Shown here: positions 49,530 to 61,731 of the stretch, piece by piece
Layout: each line of letters opens with the position of its first letter
How positions within the stretch are numbered: position 1 is the first letter of the stretch
Source: Cyanophora paradoxa CCMP329
Lineage: Eukaryota; Plantae; Glaucophyta
Direction of reading: 5' to 3'
Assembly: GCA_004431415.1 (NCBI GenBank)
Contig: QPMI01000177.1
Span: 55,270-119,269, forward strand
Length of the DNA: 64,000 nucleotides
Translations under genes and position numbers: made by a program
The notes under the pieces: generated by a model
The model's input: the letters and a program-made list of their open reading frames with translations, nothing else
What the model was told of the DNA's origin: nothing
Database searches by the model: none

Positions 49530-49988
49530 TCAATCGCTCTGATTCTTACAGGGGACCGTCTCCTCTATCTTGCGCTTCCGAACCCGCTGCGGGGCGGCGC
49601 CGGTCGCGAATCGAACATGATCCTCCCAGAGTTCCCCGAGAGCCTTCTCGTGCGTAATCGCGCCCTCAAAGAGCTTTGCGCACGCGTGTGCGAGCTTTGG
49701 AGCGCGAAGAAACTCTGCGGCGACACCGAGGCGGGCGATGAGGGCCATTGCGGGGGCCGCTCGCGAATCGGGCCCGCCGTGCGGAACTTGGAGCGAGGCG
49801 AAAGGTCGGGAGGCCGAGCGGTCGTTGAGGGCGATGCCCGCCGCGAGGATGACTGTCGATGTGATGGGCATGGGGATGGCGTCTGTGTGAGCATCTGAGC
49901 ACTCGGAAACGTCGGCAAGGAGCTCGCTGTCAGCGACCAGGGCCCCCGGGCACACGACCGTCTCGCCGTCTGAGCACAGAAGCCTCAT
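49530..49988 (-). CDS. Divergent Skp1-like protein, intronless
   Basis: MRLLCSDGETVVC...SELLADV resembles Skp1 L.SSDG..F.V...S. LGVAAEFLRAPKLAHACAK resembles LILAANYL.IK.LL...CK. Confidence 0.65.
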   Translation of the reverse strand: MRLLCSDGETVVCPGALVADSELLADVSECSDAHTDAIPMPITSTVILAAGIALNDRSASRPFASLQVPHGGPDSRAAPAMALIARLGVAAEFLRAPKLAHACAKLFEGAITHEKALGELWEDHVRFATGAAPQRVRKRKIEETVPCKNQSD

Positions 49989-50512
49989 CGATATCAATGT
50001 TGATGTTCGCTCTATAGATCTCGTCAGACCACTAGCTATAGCTATAGCCTCGAGCTCTAGATCTCCCTGACGATACAGATGGCAGCACGGTGGGGCTCTA
50101 TTTCTGTATTTGACTCGAGATAGACATTTAGAGCTGCGATCGCTTAATTATAAGCTTCACAAAGCTTTTTTGAAGGGAAACCTGAAAACCAAGGTGGGAA
50201 TTTGAAATCAAAACAGGTACGAGATCTCGAGCACTGTGACACTGTTTCATCGTGGCGTGCAGGGATGAACCGACTGCGACCGTCCCCCCCAAAAAAGAAG
50301 GGAGGGGGGGGAGGGCGAGAGGGCGGTGCCTGTACCCTTACTGCAGAGAGCACCGAAAACTGTACCCCTATCTACTTCGAGCTCGCAATCGCGCAGGGCA
50401 GATACATAAATCCAAGCGCCCCATTGCTCCTTGGGGTAAGAGTTGGCGGGGCCCACACCGCTGCCCCGCGGCCCGTCCCACGCGGCCGCCCGCGATCGGT
50501 TGCGCCGCCGCA

Positions 50513-52211
50513 ATGTCCTTTCCGACGGTGCACGACGCCTACGAGCTCGTCGAGTACGCGGGGCCCTGGGGGCCGGAGCGCCTCGTCGTCCTCCCGACGA
50601 CGGCGGGCCCCGCCGCGTGCTCGGCCCAGCTGGCGCGCGTCCTCGGCGAGCCGCGCCCCGACCCCGACGGGCCCGAGGCCGAGGCCGAGGACCTCCTCAC
50701 CGCGCGCTACGGAGTGCCGACGCGGCCGCTGCCCGACGAGAACGCCATCCTGCTGCTCGAGGCCCTGGGCGCCGTCCGCCGGCGCGAGTGCACGCCCGAG
50801 TCGCCGCCGCGGATGGTGGCGATGCGCTACGTGCTGGACGTGGTCGCCGAGGCCTGGGAGGTCACGGACGAGCAGCGCAAGCGCGCCGCCGCCGCCTCGT
50901 TCTACGCCGCCAACGAGCGCCGCCGGCCCCGCACCCTCGCGCGCCTCGACCTGCACGTCATACGCGTCGGCGGCAAGCGCATGTACGCGCTGCGCGCCAA
51001 GCGGATCGAGGTGCCGGACCTGCAGCTCTGGGTGCCGATGGCCTCGCTCGCCGACGCCCTCTACGGCTCCTCCCGCGACACAAACTGCGTGCGGCGAGAG
51101 ATCGAGAAGCGCCTCCCGGACCTCGCGCGGGACGGGCCGCACCGCTGGAACGTGACGACGCTGAGCATCGGCCGCGAGCGCTTCGGCCTCGTCACGCAGA
51201 CGCTGACGCGGTACGCCGGCCTTGGCTCCGAGGTCGAGGGCGAGGCCTCGCGCGGCTTTGCCCGCACCTGGGGCTTCATCAGCGCGCTCGGCGTGGAAAT
51301 GTTCCTAAAGGACCTACCGGGGCGCGACGCGAGCCTCCTCGCCGACTTCAAGCGCCAGCGGCTCGTCCTCGAGGGCGCCGACCCCGTCGCCGCCGCCGCC
51401 GCCGTTCCCGCGCCCGTCCCGCCTGCGCGCCGCGTCCCGATCTTTGGCGCGCGCGAGTGGCTCACGGACACGCACATCGCCAACGTGCTCACCCTCATCC
51501 TGCGCAAGGCCAACAACGGCCGCGTGCGGGCCCTCTACCCGATGAGCGTCGACATCCTCGCCTCGGTCCTCCGCCGGTACGCGGCTGCGAGCGAGGAGCG
51601 CCGTAAGCGGCGCGCGCTGTCGCTCGTGGCGAGGGGCGGCACCGTCATCTGCCCCGTCTCGACGAGCCTCGTGCGCCGCGGGGCCGAGAAGCGCTCGGCG
51701 AGCGGCGGCCACTGGACCCTCCTCGTGCTCGGCGGGGCGAAGACGCGGTACTGGGACTCGCTCGGCGAGCCCTGCGACCCGTCGCTCGTCTACGCGGCCA
51801 AGGCGGCGTTTCCCGCGCACCAGTACGTGGACGAGACGTGCGGCGGGCGGCTCCAGGTGGACGGGTACCAGTGCGGGCCGTGTGCGCGCCTCTCCCTCGG
51901 CGCCCATCCCCGCAGCGCCCCTTGACGGGCCCTGGGCAGGGATCCTCTGGTTCGCCGAGGGCGCGACGCTGGAGGCGGCGACGGCTTCTCGTGGTCGGAC
52001 GAGCTGGCGCACGGCGAGCTGATGTTCTACCGCCCGGGGGGCCCCATGTCAGACGCCGTCGCCAAGGACAACGCCAAGTTTATCGCGGAGAAGCGCCAGG
52101 CGTACCGGTCGATGCTGGAGAGCATGATCCTCGACCCGTCGATCACGCTCTTTGACGCCGACGCCCTGCCGGACCCCGAGCGCGTGGTCCTCCCCGCCGA
52201 GGAGCGGCCCC

Positions 52212-52242
<31 letters not shown>

Positions 52243-55200
52243 GGCGTCCCGCCAGGCTCCGCCGGGCGCCGCCGTGGTGATTCGAGCCGTCGACCTTGGG
52301 GAGAGCTCGACGAGCTCCGGGAGCGAGGGGAGCGATCCCGGCGCCGGCCCGTCGTCCTCCCCTCTAGCTCGCCGCCGCCGCCGCCGCTGCCGGCGCCGGG
52401 CGACGCGGGCTCCGACGCCGAGGCCGCCGAGGAGCCGTCGGCCGAGCGCGCCGCCCCGTACGGCCTGCGCGAGGAGGATCAGTCGCGGGAGCTCAAGGCG
52501 CAGCTCGCCGCGTACGAAGAGTGGCGCACCCGCGCCCTCAACCCGACCGCCCCGGCGCCGCCGTCGAGCGCTCCTCGACGCTGGCCAACGAGCGGACGAC
52601 GTTGCTGCGCTTCCTGGGTACTGCGCCCTCCGCGAGAAGATCGACGGCGCCCCGACGCTCGACCTCTTCTCCGGCGCCCGCGTCGATTTCATCGACCTGT
52701 GGATGCGGTTCTCACGTTTCTCCGCGGGAGCGCAAGGTGCAGGCCGCCACCTTGGCGGGGTACACGCAGGCGGCGCTCCAGGCCCACGCCTTTGTCCACG
52801 CGCGCACGTCGGGCGCGGCGTCGGGCTCCGAGGGGCCCCATGCCCGCGGCCTCCGCAACCTGCTCGCCCAGCTGAGAAAGGAGAAGCGCGAGGGGGTCAA
52901 GTGGCGCGAGCGCGGACCGAACTGGGTGCCGTTTGAGACGCTCCTCTCGGCGCGGCTGGACGCGCTGGAGGCGGCGGAGCGGGCGCCGCTCGAGTACGAC
53001 AAGGCCCTCGCCCTCCGCGAGGGGCTCCTCCTCTCCCTCCTCGTCTCGACGCCCTCGCGCGTCGGCATCGTCCGCCGCCTCAGGTGCCGTACCCCCCCTC
53101 CGCCACCCCTCCCGCCCCGCCCCATGGCCACCGCGCGCCCTGCGCAGGATCGGTCACACGCTCCGACGGGACCAGGGCGCGTGGGCGATCGCGCTCACAA
53201 AGATGAGAATCGATGTCGGGGCGCCGAGCCGGTCCTCTCGTCCAAGACGGCCAAGACTGCCGGCGCGATGACCTTTCCGATCCCGGGTTTGTCCAGGAGC
53301 CGCTCACCTTGTACGTCGAGCGCTACCGCCGCCTCCTCTTCCCGCCGACGACGGGCGCCGCCGACGAGGGCTGGCTCTTCACCGGCCCGACGGAACGCTC
53401 CTCTCCGACGCCGGCTGGAGCAACTTTGTGAAAAAGGCGCGCGAGGGGCGGGCGGGCTGAAGGGGACAGGCTCACGCACCGCAGGTGACGGAAAAGTACA
53501 CGGGCGTGCCGGTGACGGCGCAGGCCATCCGCGCCATCATCACGACGCACGTGCGGGACGAGGCCGCCGCGAATCGCATCTCCGGCGACACGGCCGCCGC
53601 CGTCGTCGAGGGGACGGGTGCGCCGTACCCCGCTCCCGCGCCCGCGCCCGCTCCCGCGCCCCGCCGCTGCGCCGCCGTCACCGCGCCTCCCCGCGCAGCC
53701 AAGCTGCTGGGGCACAGCGTCATCACTGCGACGCAGAATTACGACTACTCGGCCCGCGCGCGCGCGGCGGCCTCGGCGGTGGCGTACCTCGAGCAGCTGG
53801 CGCTGAAGCACGGGGAGGAGAGGCGCCGCGCGCGGGAGAGCCCCGACGGGCCCGAGCCGCCGCTCCTGGAGGGGCCGACGGCCGACCCCGTACCCCGCCC
53901 GGCGGCGCCCCGCGCGGCGCGCCGAGGGGTGGCGGAACAAGGGGCGGGAGACGGGCGGCGGGCGCCGCGGCGACAAGGCGGCGAGGGAGGAGAACGAGGG
54001 GCGCGAGGAGGAGGAAGGGGAAGAGGACGGGGCGAGGCGGCGCCGGCGCCGGCGACGCAGACGCAGACACCGTCGACGAGCCCGGAGCCGGCGGGCAAGT
54101 GCGGGAGCTCCAGCTCGTTCGACTTGGGCGAAGAGGAAGAGGAGGAGGAGGAGGAAGAGGAAGAGCACGAGGAGGACGGGGGCGGCTCGGCCGGCGCGGA
54201 AGAGGCCAAGCGGCGCCGCACCGGCAGCGCGGGGGCCCTCGGCGGCCCTGGGACGCCGACTATGCCGTCGAGCGGGCGCTGGCGATCGCCGAGCAGCGCT
54301 ACTGCGAGCCCTGCGACCGGGTGAGACCGCGCCCGCCCGCGCCCCGCGCCCTCCCGCCTTTACCGCCCCGACGCACCGCGAGGCGTTCAAGAACGCGGCC
54401 GGGGCCAAGCACCACGCGAGCTACTGCTCCCGCGGGCTCATCCGCGGCGGCCGCCGGCGTGGCCTCAGCCGCCGGCGGGGCCTGGGCCGGGCCGCGGTGG
54501 CGCCGTTCCCGCCCCGTCGCCGTGCCCGCGGCGGGGCCGCCGCCGCCCCTCTACCACCTGCGCTGGCGGTCGGCCTCGCCGTACGCGGCGGGGCAGGTGG
54601 TGGCGGCGCTGGCGACGCACGCGGCGAGCCCGCTGCCCAACGTGGTGTACGCGCGCCTCGTCCAGACGATCGACCTGCCGAGCGGCGAGTTCGAGTCCCG
54701 CTTCGTCCTGCTGAAGCGGTTCGGCGGGGCGTGGACGGCGAGCCAGGAGGGCGGACCTCGCGAGTGGACGGGCGTGAGCGCCCTCTTCCCCGTCGAGTTC
54801 GAGGGCCGCAACGGCACCGTCGAGATCCGAACCGGCGCCGAGCGGGTGCTGGAGCTCCTGGGCTTTGCGCGGCCGGCGCCCTCGCCGCCGCCGGCCTCTT
54901 CCTCCTCGTCGTCGCGCGGCGGGGGCGGGGGCGGCGGGGCGCCCCGCCCGCGAGGCGGCGCGGGAGGCCGCCCAAGGCGCGGCCCCTGGCTGAGGGGCGG
55001 CGCCCCCCGGCCCTCTGCGCTCCGATCCTGCAAATGGGAGCGGGTCGGCGACGGCTCGTGGCAGGGGAGCGGCGAGGGATGGACGGGCGCGCACGACCCG
55101 ACACGCCGCGACCCCGCACCCCTGCCCCCTCCGGCCCTGCTCTGCGCACCGGCGCCGCCCACGGCGCGCCCGCCCGCCGGCATCCTCCGCCCCGTCGCCC

Positions 55201-55309
55201 GCGTCGAGCCCCGAGCGGGGGGCCGCCGAAGCGGTTCAAGCCCAGCCCCGCCCCGCCGCCGCCTCCCCGCCGCCGCCGCAGGCTCCTGTACCGGCAGGGC
55301 ATCTGCTGA
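50513..55309 (+). CDS. Multidomain protein: Bro-N-like + Ulp1/C48 cysteine protease + tyrosine recombinase + zinc finger; spliced, with apparent frameshifts
   Basis: Ulp1: EWLTDTHI, GHWTLLV, YWDSLG, QVDGYQCGP|WILWFAE across intron 51882-51939. Recombinase: TPSR...RL|RIGHTL, SKT, WLF, QAIR, AKLLGHS, TQNYD. Zinc finger CEPC...HASYC. Bro-N-like: LWVPMASLADALYG, FISALGV, DFKR. Confidence 0.7.
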
Positions 55310-55410
55310 ACGCATAAAGCGATGCGTGCCGGGCCCGCCCCGGGAGTGTAGGGGCAGGGCGCACCTGCCAGCACCGCGAACCAGCAGAGCGAGCGTCTTT
55401 CTTCGGGAGC

Positions 55411-56023
55411 ATGGAGGCGGAGCCGACGTCGCTGGCCGCGGCCGCACCGGCGCCTGCGCACGCCGTTGGCGGGGACGAGGGGCGGCAGGAGCGGCGGGAC
55501 GGGGCGGCGAGACGAACGAGGATTCGAATTCCGACGCGACAAGGGGAGCGCCGACGGGGAGCGGGGCGACGGCGGCGTCGGCGTCGGCGCAAAGGCCGCA
55601 GCGGGAGGAGGCGGCGGCGGCGGCGGTGGCGGCGGCGGCAAGGCCCGCCCGTTCCACCACCAGTTTGAGAAGCAGCACGTCGTGTACCTGCTGCACAACG
55701 GCCGGATGTTCTACTGCGGCGAGACGGCGAGCCTCGCGCGGCGGTTCAAGGAGCACTCGCGCGGCACCATCCGCGGCTCGTTCACCAAGAGCCGCGGGCC
55801 CTGGCGGCTCCTCGCCGTCGCTGCGCCGTTTCCCAACCGCAGCCTGGCCCAGGGTTACGAGCAGGCGCTCAAGGGGCGCACCGGATCCGCATCGAAGCGC
55901 GTCGAAGCCATGAAGAAGCTCGCCGCCGAGTGGAGCGCCGGCGGCGGCACGCAGATCGCCGTCCACGTCAACCCCGAGGGCGCCGATGCGGGAGGCGAGA
56001 GCCCGTCCTCGGACGCGGCTTAG
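55411..56023 (+). CDS. GIY-YIG endonuclease (SLX1/UPF0213-like), with one apparent frameshift in the low-complexity N-terminus
   Basis: HVVYLLHNGRMFYCGETASLARRFKEH...SFTKSRGPWRL...AQGYEQALK. Confidence 0.85.
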
Positions 56024-56842
56024 TCGGCTCTCTACGATCGACAGAGGCGCTACACGAGCCGGGAGAGCCCGCGGAGAGCTCGTCGAGCCGCGGGCCGGGA
56101 AGCTCGTCGCCACGCGCGCGGGGTGCGAGCTCGCGGATGCGCGGCGACTGCGGCTGCGGCCTCTAGCGCCAGCGCCGGCAGAAAACTAGGGCTAGGCGAG
56201 CGCGACGTGTAAGCTTTCCCGAAAAGAGGAGACGGGCGCATTCGAACCCGTGATTTTCCCCGTGCCGCGCGATGATCGTTCGTTCGGACGAGTACCTTCG
56301 CGGGCCCCGCGGGCGGCTTGCCCAGCTAAATGAACTTGATAGAGGTCTTATATGCCGGCAAAGATGAGTCTAGGCGCGCCCGCCGCCGCCGCAAAAGTTG
56401 GACTTTGGACTCGGCGACTCGGATTCGCCCAAGTCCGAGGTAGGGGGCGGCTCGGTACCAGTACCCGATCGCTTCGAGCGGCGCGGGCGGCGAGATTCTT
56501 CTCGGGGCTTTTGCTAGTTGCGCGACTGCGAGATTCCGGCTCCCGGCCACGGGCCGGCGGCCCGCATGCTGCGTGCGCGGCGCAGGTTGACCGCGGCGTC
56601 ACGGCGGCGGCCTGGAGCGGCAGCGACGCCATAGATAGGTCTCGGTGCTGTGTATAGGACTCTAGAGTCGCGTTAAGCCGCGCGCAGGCGCCTTGGGCCG
56701 CCGCGAGCCGCCGAGCCACCCGACCGCAACTCGATCCGGCGGTGCACCGCCCGCCCCATTCCCGCACGCGCAAATGGCATTTAGTTTCGCATAGTATTCG
56801 CAAAACAGCAACATGCGACACGCGATGACGCTCTGCTCTCCT

Positions 56843-57520
56843 CTAGGCGGCGGCGAACGCCTTGATGCAGACCTGGATGCCAACGGTCGTAATGCCGGCC
56901 GCGCGCGCGGCCTCGCGCGTCGAAGCGCCGCCCGCCTCCACCAACGCCGCCGCGGCGACAACGATCGGGCTCCTTCCCGAGTCTCGGTGCCGCTCCGCGT
57001 ACTCCCGCGCCGCCCGCAGGTCCGCCCCGTCCAGCCCACGCGCTGGGCGAGCGCGTCGACGTAGTCGGGCGCGCGGGGATGCGCCCGACGCCGCGGCGGC
57101 GGTGGATCGCGCGGACCATCCTGACGAGCGCCGCGCGGCGTGTGCGCAGGTCGGGGTGCCAGCCGAGCGCGTCGTCGACGGTGCGCGGGGCGCCGGCCGA
57201 GGCCGCCGCGTAGTAGAGCGCGCCGGCGACGATAATCTCGCTCTTCCTGCCCTCAGCAGCCCGCGGTCCGCCAGCAGCAGCCGCGCCTCGTGGACCGCCG
57301 CCTCGGCGAGGCCCAGCGCCGACGCTGCGCCCTCCAGGAGCCGCCCCATGCGGACCTCGGACCGCGAGGGCTCGCGGGGCGACGCGGGCGGGCTCTCGTC
57401 GGCCCCCGGCTTCTCGCTGCCCCCAGGGTCCCGACGACCGCCTCGGCCGCGCCGCAGGCATCGCACACCACGTCCCGTCGCGCGTCGTGACCAGCTGGCC
57501 CTCGCGGCACATGTTCCACC
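56843..57520 (-). CDS. Minimal TFIIB-like transcription factor, intronless with apparent frameshifts
   Basis: Zinc ribbon (MC...VVCDACG). Cyclin repeat 1: ASALGLAEAAVHEARLLL...GRKSEIIVAGALYYAA...PRT. Repeat 2: GRSPIVVAAAAL...TREAARAAGITTVGI. Confidence 0.75.
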   Translation of the reverse strand, partial: GGTCAARASWSRRATGRGVRCLRRGRGGRRDPGGSEKPGADESPPASPREPSRSEVRMGRLLEGAASALGLAEAAVHEARLLLADRGLLRAGRARLSSPARSTTRRPRPAPRAPSTTRSAGTPTCAHAARRSSGWSARSTAAAASGASPRARLRRRARPARGLDGADLRAAREYAERHRDSGRSPIVVAAAALVEAGGASTREAARAAGITTVGIQVCIKAFAAA

Positions 57521-57809
57521 CCGCTCAGCGAGTCGGTGCGCGCGCTGTCGATGTGCTGCGTATCAGGGGCGCGGTGGGGCGGCCGCAGTACCGCGACGGC
57601 GGCGGGCGAGGTCCTTTATGCGTTTGTCGGGACCGAGTCGCGCGAATCGGTCCTTTCTGTGGCGCTTGGGGGTACGGTGCGGGCTTCCCGTGGCGGGCGG
57701 CGTCGGCGCGCGGATCGACTTGCCGGGTGCGTGTGAGATGCCCGTGCACGGCCGCCCGATCCGAGCTCGACCTTTGCCGGATCTGTCGTTTCCGCCGTAG
57801 CGAAACCTT

Positions 57810-58718
57810 ACGTACCCCTCTGTCTGCCCGCGCTCGCACCCTCGTCCCGTAATCGGCCGAGCGCTGCGCAGGGGCCGCTGCCGCCGAGGGTAGGGCGCGA
57901 TACCGGACGCTCACCTTGGTCCGTACCCCGCCCGCTCCGCCCCTCTCCCCCTTGCCCCCCCTGCACAGAGCTCGGCCGATCGCGGCTCGATGAGCGGCGG
58001 CGGCAGAGGTGAGTACCCCCTCTGCTTATTTTCTCGCACCCTCGCCCCGTAATCGGCCGAGCTCTGCGCAGGGGCCGCTGCCGCCAAGGCTGCGCGATGC
58101 CGGACGCTTCCTGATGCGTACCCCGCCCGCTCCGCCCTCTCCCCTTGCCCCCCTGCACAGAGCTCGGCCGATCGCGGCTCGATGAGCGGCGGCGGCAGAG
58201 GTGAGTACCCCTCTGCTTATTTTCTCGCACCCTCGCCCCGTAATCGGCCGAGCTCTGCGCAGGGGCCGCTGCCGCCAAGGCTGCGCGATGCCGGACGCTT
58301 CCTGATGCGTACCCCGCCCGCTCCGCCCTCTCCCCCTTGCCCCCCTGCACAGAGCTCGGCCGATCGCGGCTCGATGAGCGGCGGCGGCAGAGGTGATTAC
58401 CCCCTCTGCTTATTTTCTCGCACCCTCGTCCCGTAATCGGCCGAGCTCTGCGCAAGGGCCGCTGCCGCCAAGGGCTGCGCGATGCCGGACGCTTCCTGAT
58501 GCGTACCCCCGCCCGCTCCGCCCTCCTCTCTTCCTCCCCTGCACAGAGCTCGGCCGATCGCGGCTCTATGAGCGGCGGCGGCAGAGGTGCGTACCCCTCT
58601 GTCTATTCTCGCCCTCTCTCTCGCCCGGAATCGGCGAGCTCTGCGCAGGGGTGCTGCCGCCGAGGGTAGGGCGATGCCGGACGCTTCCTGATCCGTACCC
58701 CCGTCCGCTCCGCTCCCC

Positions 58719-58749
<31 letters not shown>

Positions 58750-58810
58750 TGCCCCCCCTGCACAGAGCTCGGCCGATCGCGGCTCTATGAGGCGACGGCG
58801 GCAGGGTACG
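57810..58810. repeat. Tandem array of five ~192-bp units with alternating 23-bp inverted repeats
   Basis: The ctgcacagagctcggccgatcg anchor recurs at 57961, 58153, 58345, 58539 and 58758. Confidence 0.95.
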
Positions 58811-59200
58811 AAAATCCCCCAGGCACCCCGCAACCGCACGTCGATTGTTTGAAAGATAAAACAAAAACCATTCTTGATCACGAAAATGCCCTCACGCGCG
58901 CTCTGGGGCCGGCGCCGCGCGCGCCAAACTGCAGCGACTCTACTCGAGAGCCCCGCGTGCATCGAGCCCGTGCGTCCAGGAGCTCGAGCTGGCCCCCAAA
59001 GTTATGCGTAGAGCCGGAAACGAGAGCACGCGCGCGTGCGCGCATGTCAGTTCGATTCTCAGTCCCACACCGCACACAAAAACTCTACGCACTTTGAATG
59101 CGCTCGGCACAATATATTCTCTGCTCACGAGATCGCCGACAGAACTTTGCCGGCGGCAACGCGAATGTTGCCGGCGCGGAGCATCGTGAGGAAAAGGGGA

Positions 59201-59730
59201 CTATCCGAGGACGACGCGCTCGTACAGGTCCAAGTGCAGAATCTCGGATCCCGCGCACGACAGCATCTCGTACCAGAGCTCCACGGGAAAGACGACGTAC
59301 GCCAGGTCGGAGGAGGTGGCCTGCGGGCCCTGGCCCTGGGCGCGCGAGGCCAAGGTCGCGTCGACGCGGTTCGCAAAGGCGCGCCCCAACACGTTCTGGA
59401 GTTCGATGAGACCGCCCGAGTACTGCGGACGCTCGCCGCGAACAGGCCCGTCGCGATGGGGCGGATGCGCTCCGCGGTCGGCCGGAGCTTCTGGAGCGCG
59501 TCGTCCGTCTCGCGCGCGGGGACCTCGCCGGCCTTGGCCTTGGTCGCGAGGGCCACGACGTCGCTGTCGTAGAGGTCGGCGTCCTCGGCGTCGTAGTTGT
59601 AGCGGAAAAAGTCGCTGACCAGCTCTCCCATGTCGATCAGGACGTTGCGACGGGGTGTTGCCAGGCTGGGCGGCGGCCATCCTTGTTCTCGGTTCTTGAC
59701 GATGTGAGAAAGAATGACCGCATCGCGCAC
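59201..59730 (-). CDS. Hypothetical protein, intronless core with one apparent frameshift
   Basis: Globular-protein-like composition across ORFs 59125-59730 and 59201-59680. No motif recognised. Confidence 0.45.
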
Positions 59731-60009
59731 CTGCTCGGCTTTTTGGGAGACCAGGGACCCTTTCGTCCGAATCGGGCCTTCAAGTTGCTGCGCTCAACCA
59801 ACTCGGTGCTCCAGAGGGTACCCCCTCGGCCCCCCGCCCCCCCCCGCCCCCTAGCCCCACCCTCGGGCCGCGCCATCTACCACCACCCCCGCCCCGGCCC
59901 GGCCCCCCACCACGCAAAAAAAAACTGGTAACATTCAATAAGGACGATCCTATTGGACGAAAGGATCGGCGGCGCGGAGAGAAACGCGCACGGGAGCGCA
60001 CGGGCCGCC

Positions 60010-60801
60010 GATCACACGTGCAGCGTCGGCTGCGGCTCGCCGGGGAAGAGCGTGAGCGTGTTGTTGTGCCGCTCGCCCTCGACGGTTGTAGTAGCGATCG
60101 TCCAGCCACTCGCGGGTCGGCCGAAACGTGTTGTGCTGCAGGTGGGTGCTGATCGACGCCGCAAACGGGCCGCCCTGACCCGCCAGCCTCCGATCCCCGA
60201 CCAGCGGATGTACCGGACGACGTTGAACGGCGCGGGGCGTCCTGGTCCGTCCCGACCGCGAGGCCGCCACCCCGTGCAGTCCGACGGCTCCCAGCGGCGG
60301 ATGGAGCGCGCCTCCAGCAGACCGCTGGCTCGGGCAGCTCGAAATACTCAGGTCGCGGGCGTAGGGCGTCACGGAGACCAGAAAAGGGCGATCGACGCTG
60401 GTCCCGTTGAGCTCAAACTGACCGGCGGCCTGGTAGATGAAGTTCCAGTCGCCGACGGGCGTGACGCATCGCCACGACTTGCCCTCGCAGGGCATGTGCA
60501 GCTCGACCATGGTGGGCGACCAGAGGCGCCACCGGCGAGGTAGTAGACGTACATGGACGCGCTCCGGATGCCGCCCACGTCCCGAGCCGCGTGGAGGAGC
60601 CAGTTTCTCGCCCAGACCGACGGCAAAGGCCTCTGCGGGCTCGGCGCCGCAGACGATCCACCAGCCCTGGCGCGCAGCGCCGCCGAGAGCCGCACCGACG
60701 CGATAAACTCGACAAAGGCCTCCTCGCGGGCGGCGGGCTCGTCGACGCTGCAGTCGTCCTCCATCCTGTCGACGTCGACATCGCCGCCGGCGTCGCCCAT
60801 C
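60010..60801 (-). CDS. Hypothetical protein with apparent frameshifts
   Basis: Coding-like segments MGDAGGDV...MYVYYL...MVELHMPC...LTLFPGEP. No motif recognised. Confidence 0.4.
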
Positions 60802-61731
60802 TCCAATCGCCCGCCTCCATACCGCTGCGCGCCACCTTGATCCGCACCAGCACGGCGTTGCCGCGCGCGTTCCACGTCAGGCTCGCGTCGCACTCGCGCA
60901 GGGCACGTCGCTCCAGTCGCCGAGGGCCGAGGGGTCCCGGAGCCGTCCACCTCGGCGAGCTCGTGGGAGAGCCGCGTGCGCGCCGCTGTCGAGCGCAGGG
61001 GGCCGCGTCGGCCGCGGGGCCGCGGCGGCGCCCTCTGCAGACTCGCCAGAGCCCACGAAGCGGACGAGGACGCGCCGCCCGCGGAGCCGCCGTCGCCGAC
61101 GACGCTGCAGATCGCGACGCGCGAGGCGTCGGGAGAGGGGCGGCACGCCACCACGCCGGCGACCGCCGCGCCGACGTCGACCGCCGAGACGCCGCCGTCG
61201 GCGGACCAGACGAGCCAGCCGCGCTCGCCGCCGAGCACAATCGTCCCGTCGCCGGCGATGGAGACGGAACCGCGGGCAAAGTCGTGAATGGGAAACCCGG
61301 CCGGGATCTGCAGGGCGTCGCCGAACCCGCCCGGCCGTAGCGGATGATGGCGCCTCGCGGGAGAGGTCCTCGGCCCCCGCCGCCGCCGCCGGGGGGAAGA
61401 GGATGCACACCCAGCGGCCCTCGCTCCCGGGCTCTGTCGGGAGGGCAAAGGTCGCGTCGAGGCCGCCGAGGCGCGACGGGATCGGGATCTCCGCCCCGTG
61501 ACCGCGCCCCGCGATGAGACGGAGGCGGGCGCCGCGCGGCGCGCCGGGCCCTCCGACGAGCAGGGCGAGCGCGTCGTCGACCGCGAGGGCGTCGAACCAG
61601 CCGCTCGAGACGCCCGAGGTGCCGAGCGCAAAGGAGCGGGACTGCTGGGAGACGGTGAGCATCTTGAGGCGGTCCTCGCGCCCGAGGTAGTGCAGGATTG
61701 CCTCGGACAGGTCGACCGGGAGGAGGTCCAT
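60800..61731 (-). CDS. F-box-like protein with a beta-rich C-terminus, intronless; 3' end approximate
   Basis: MDLLPVDLSEAILHYLGREDRLKMLTVSQQSR at the N-terminus. Confidence 0.6.

Noticed and set aside
57808-58455. Repeat-protein ORF across the 192-bp array
   Set aside because: It is open mainly because the unit is a multiple of 3 and GC-rich. The frame breaks in the outer units, and the conserved feature is DNA symmetry.
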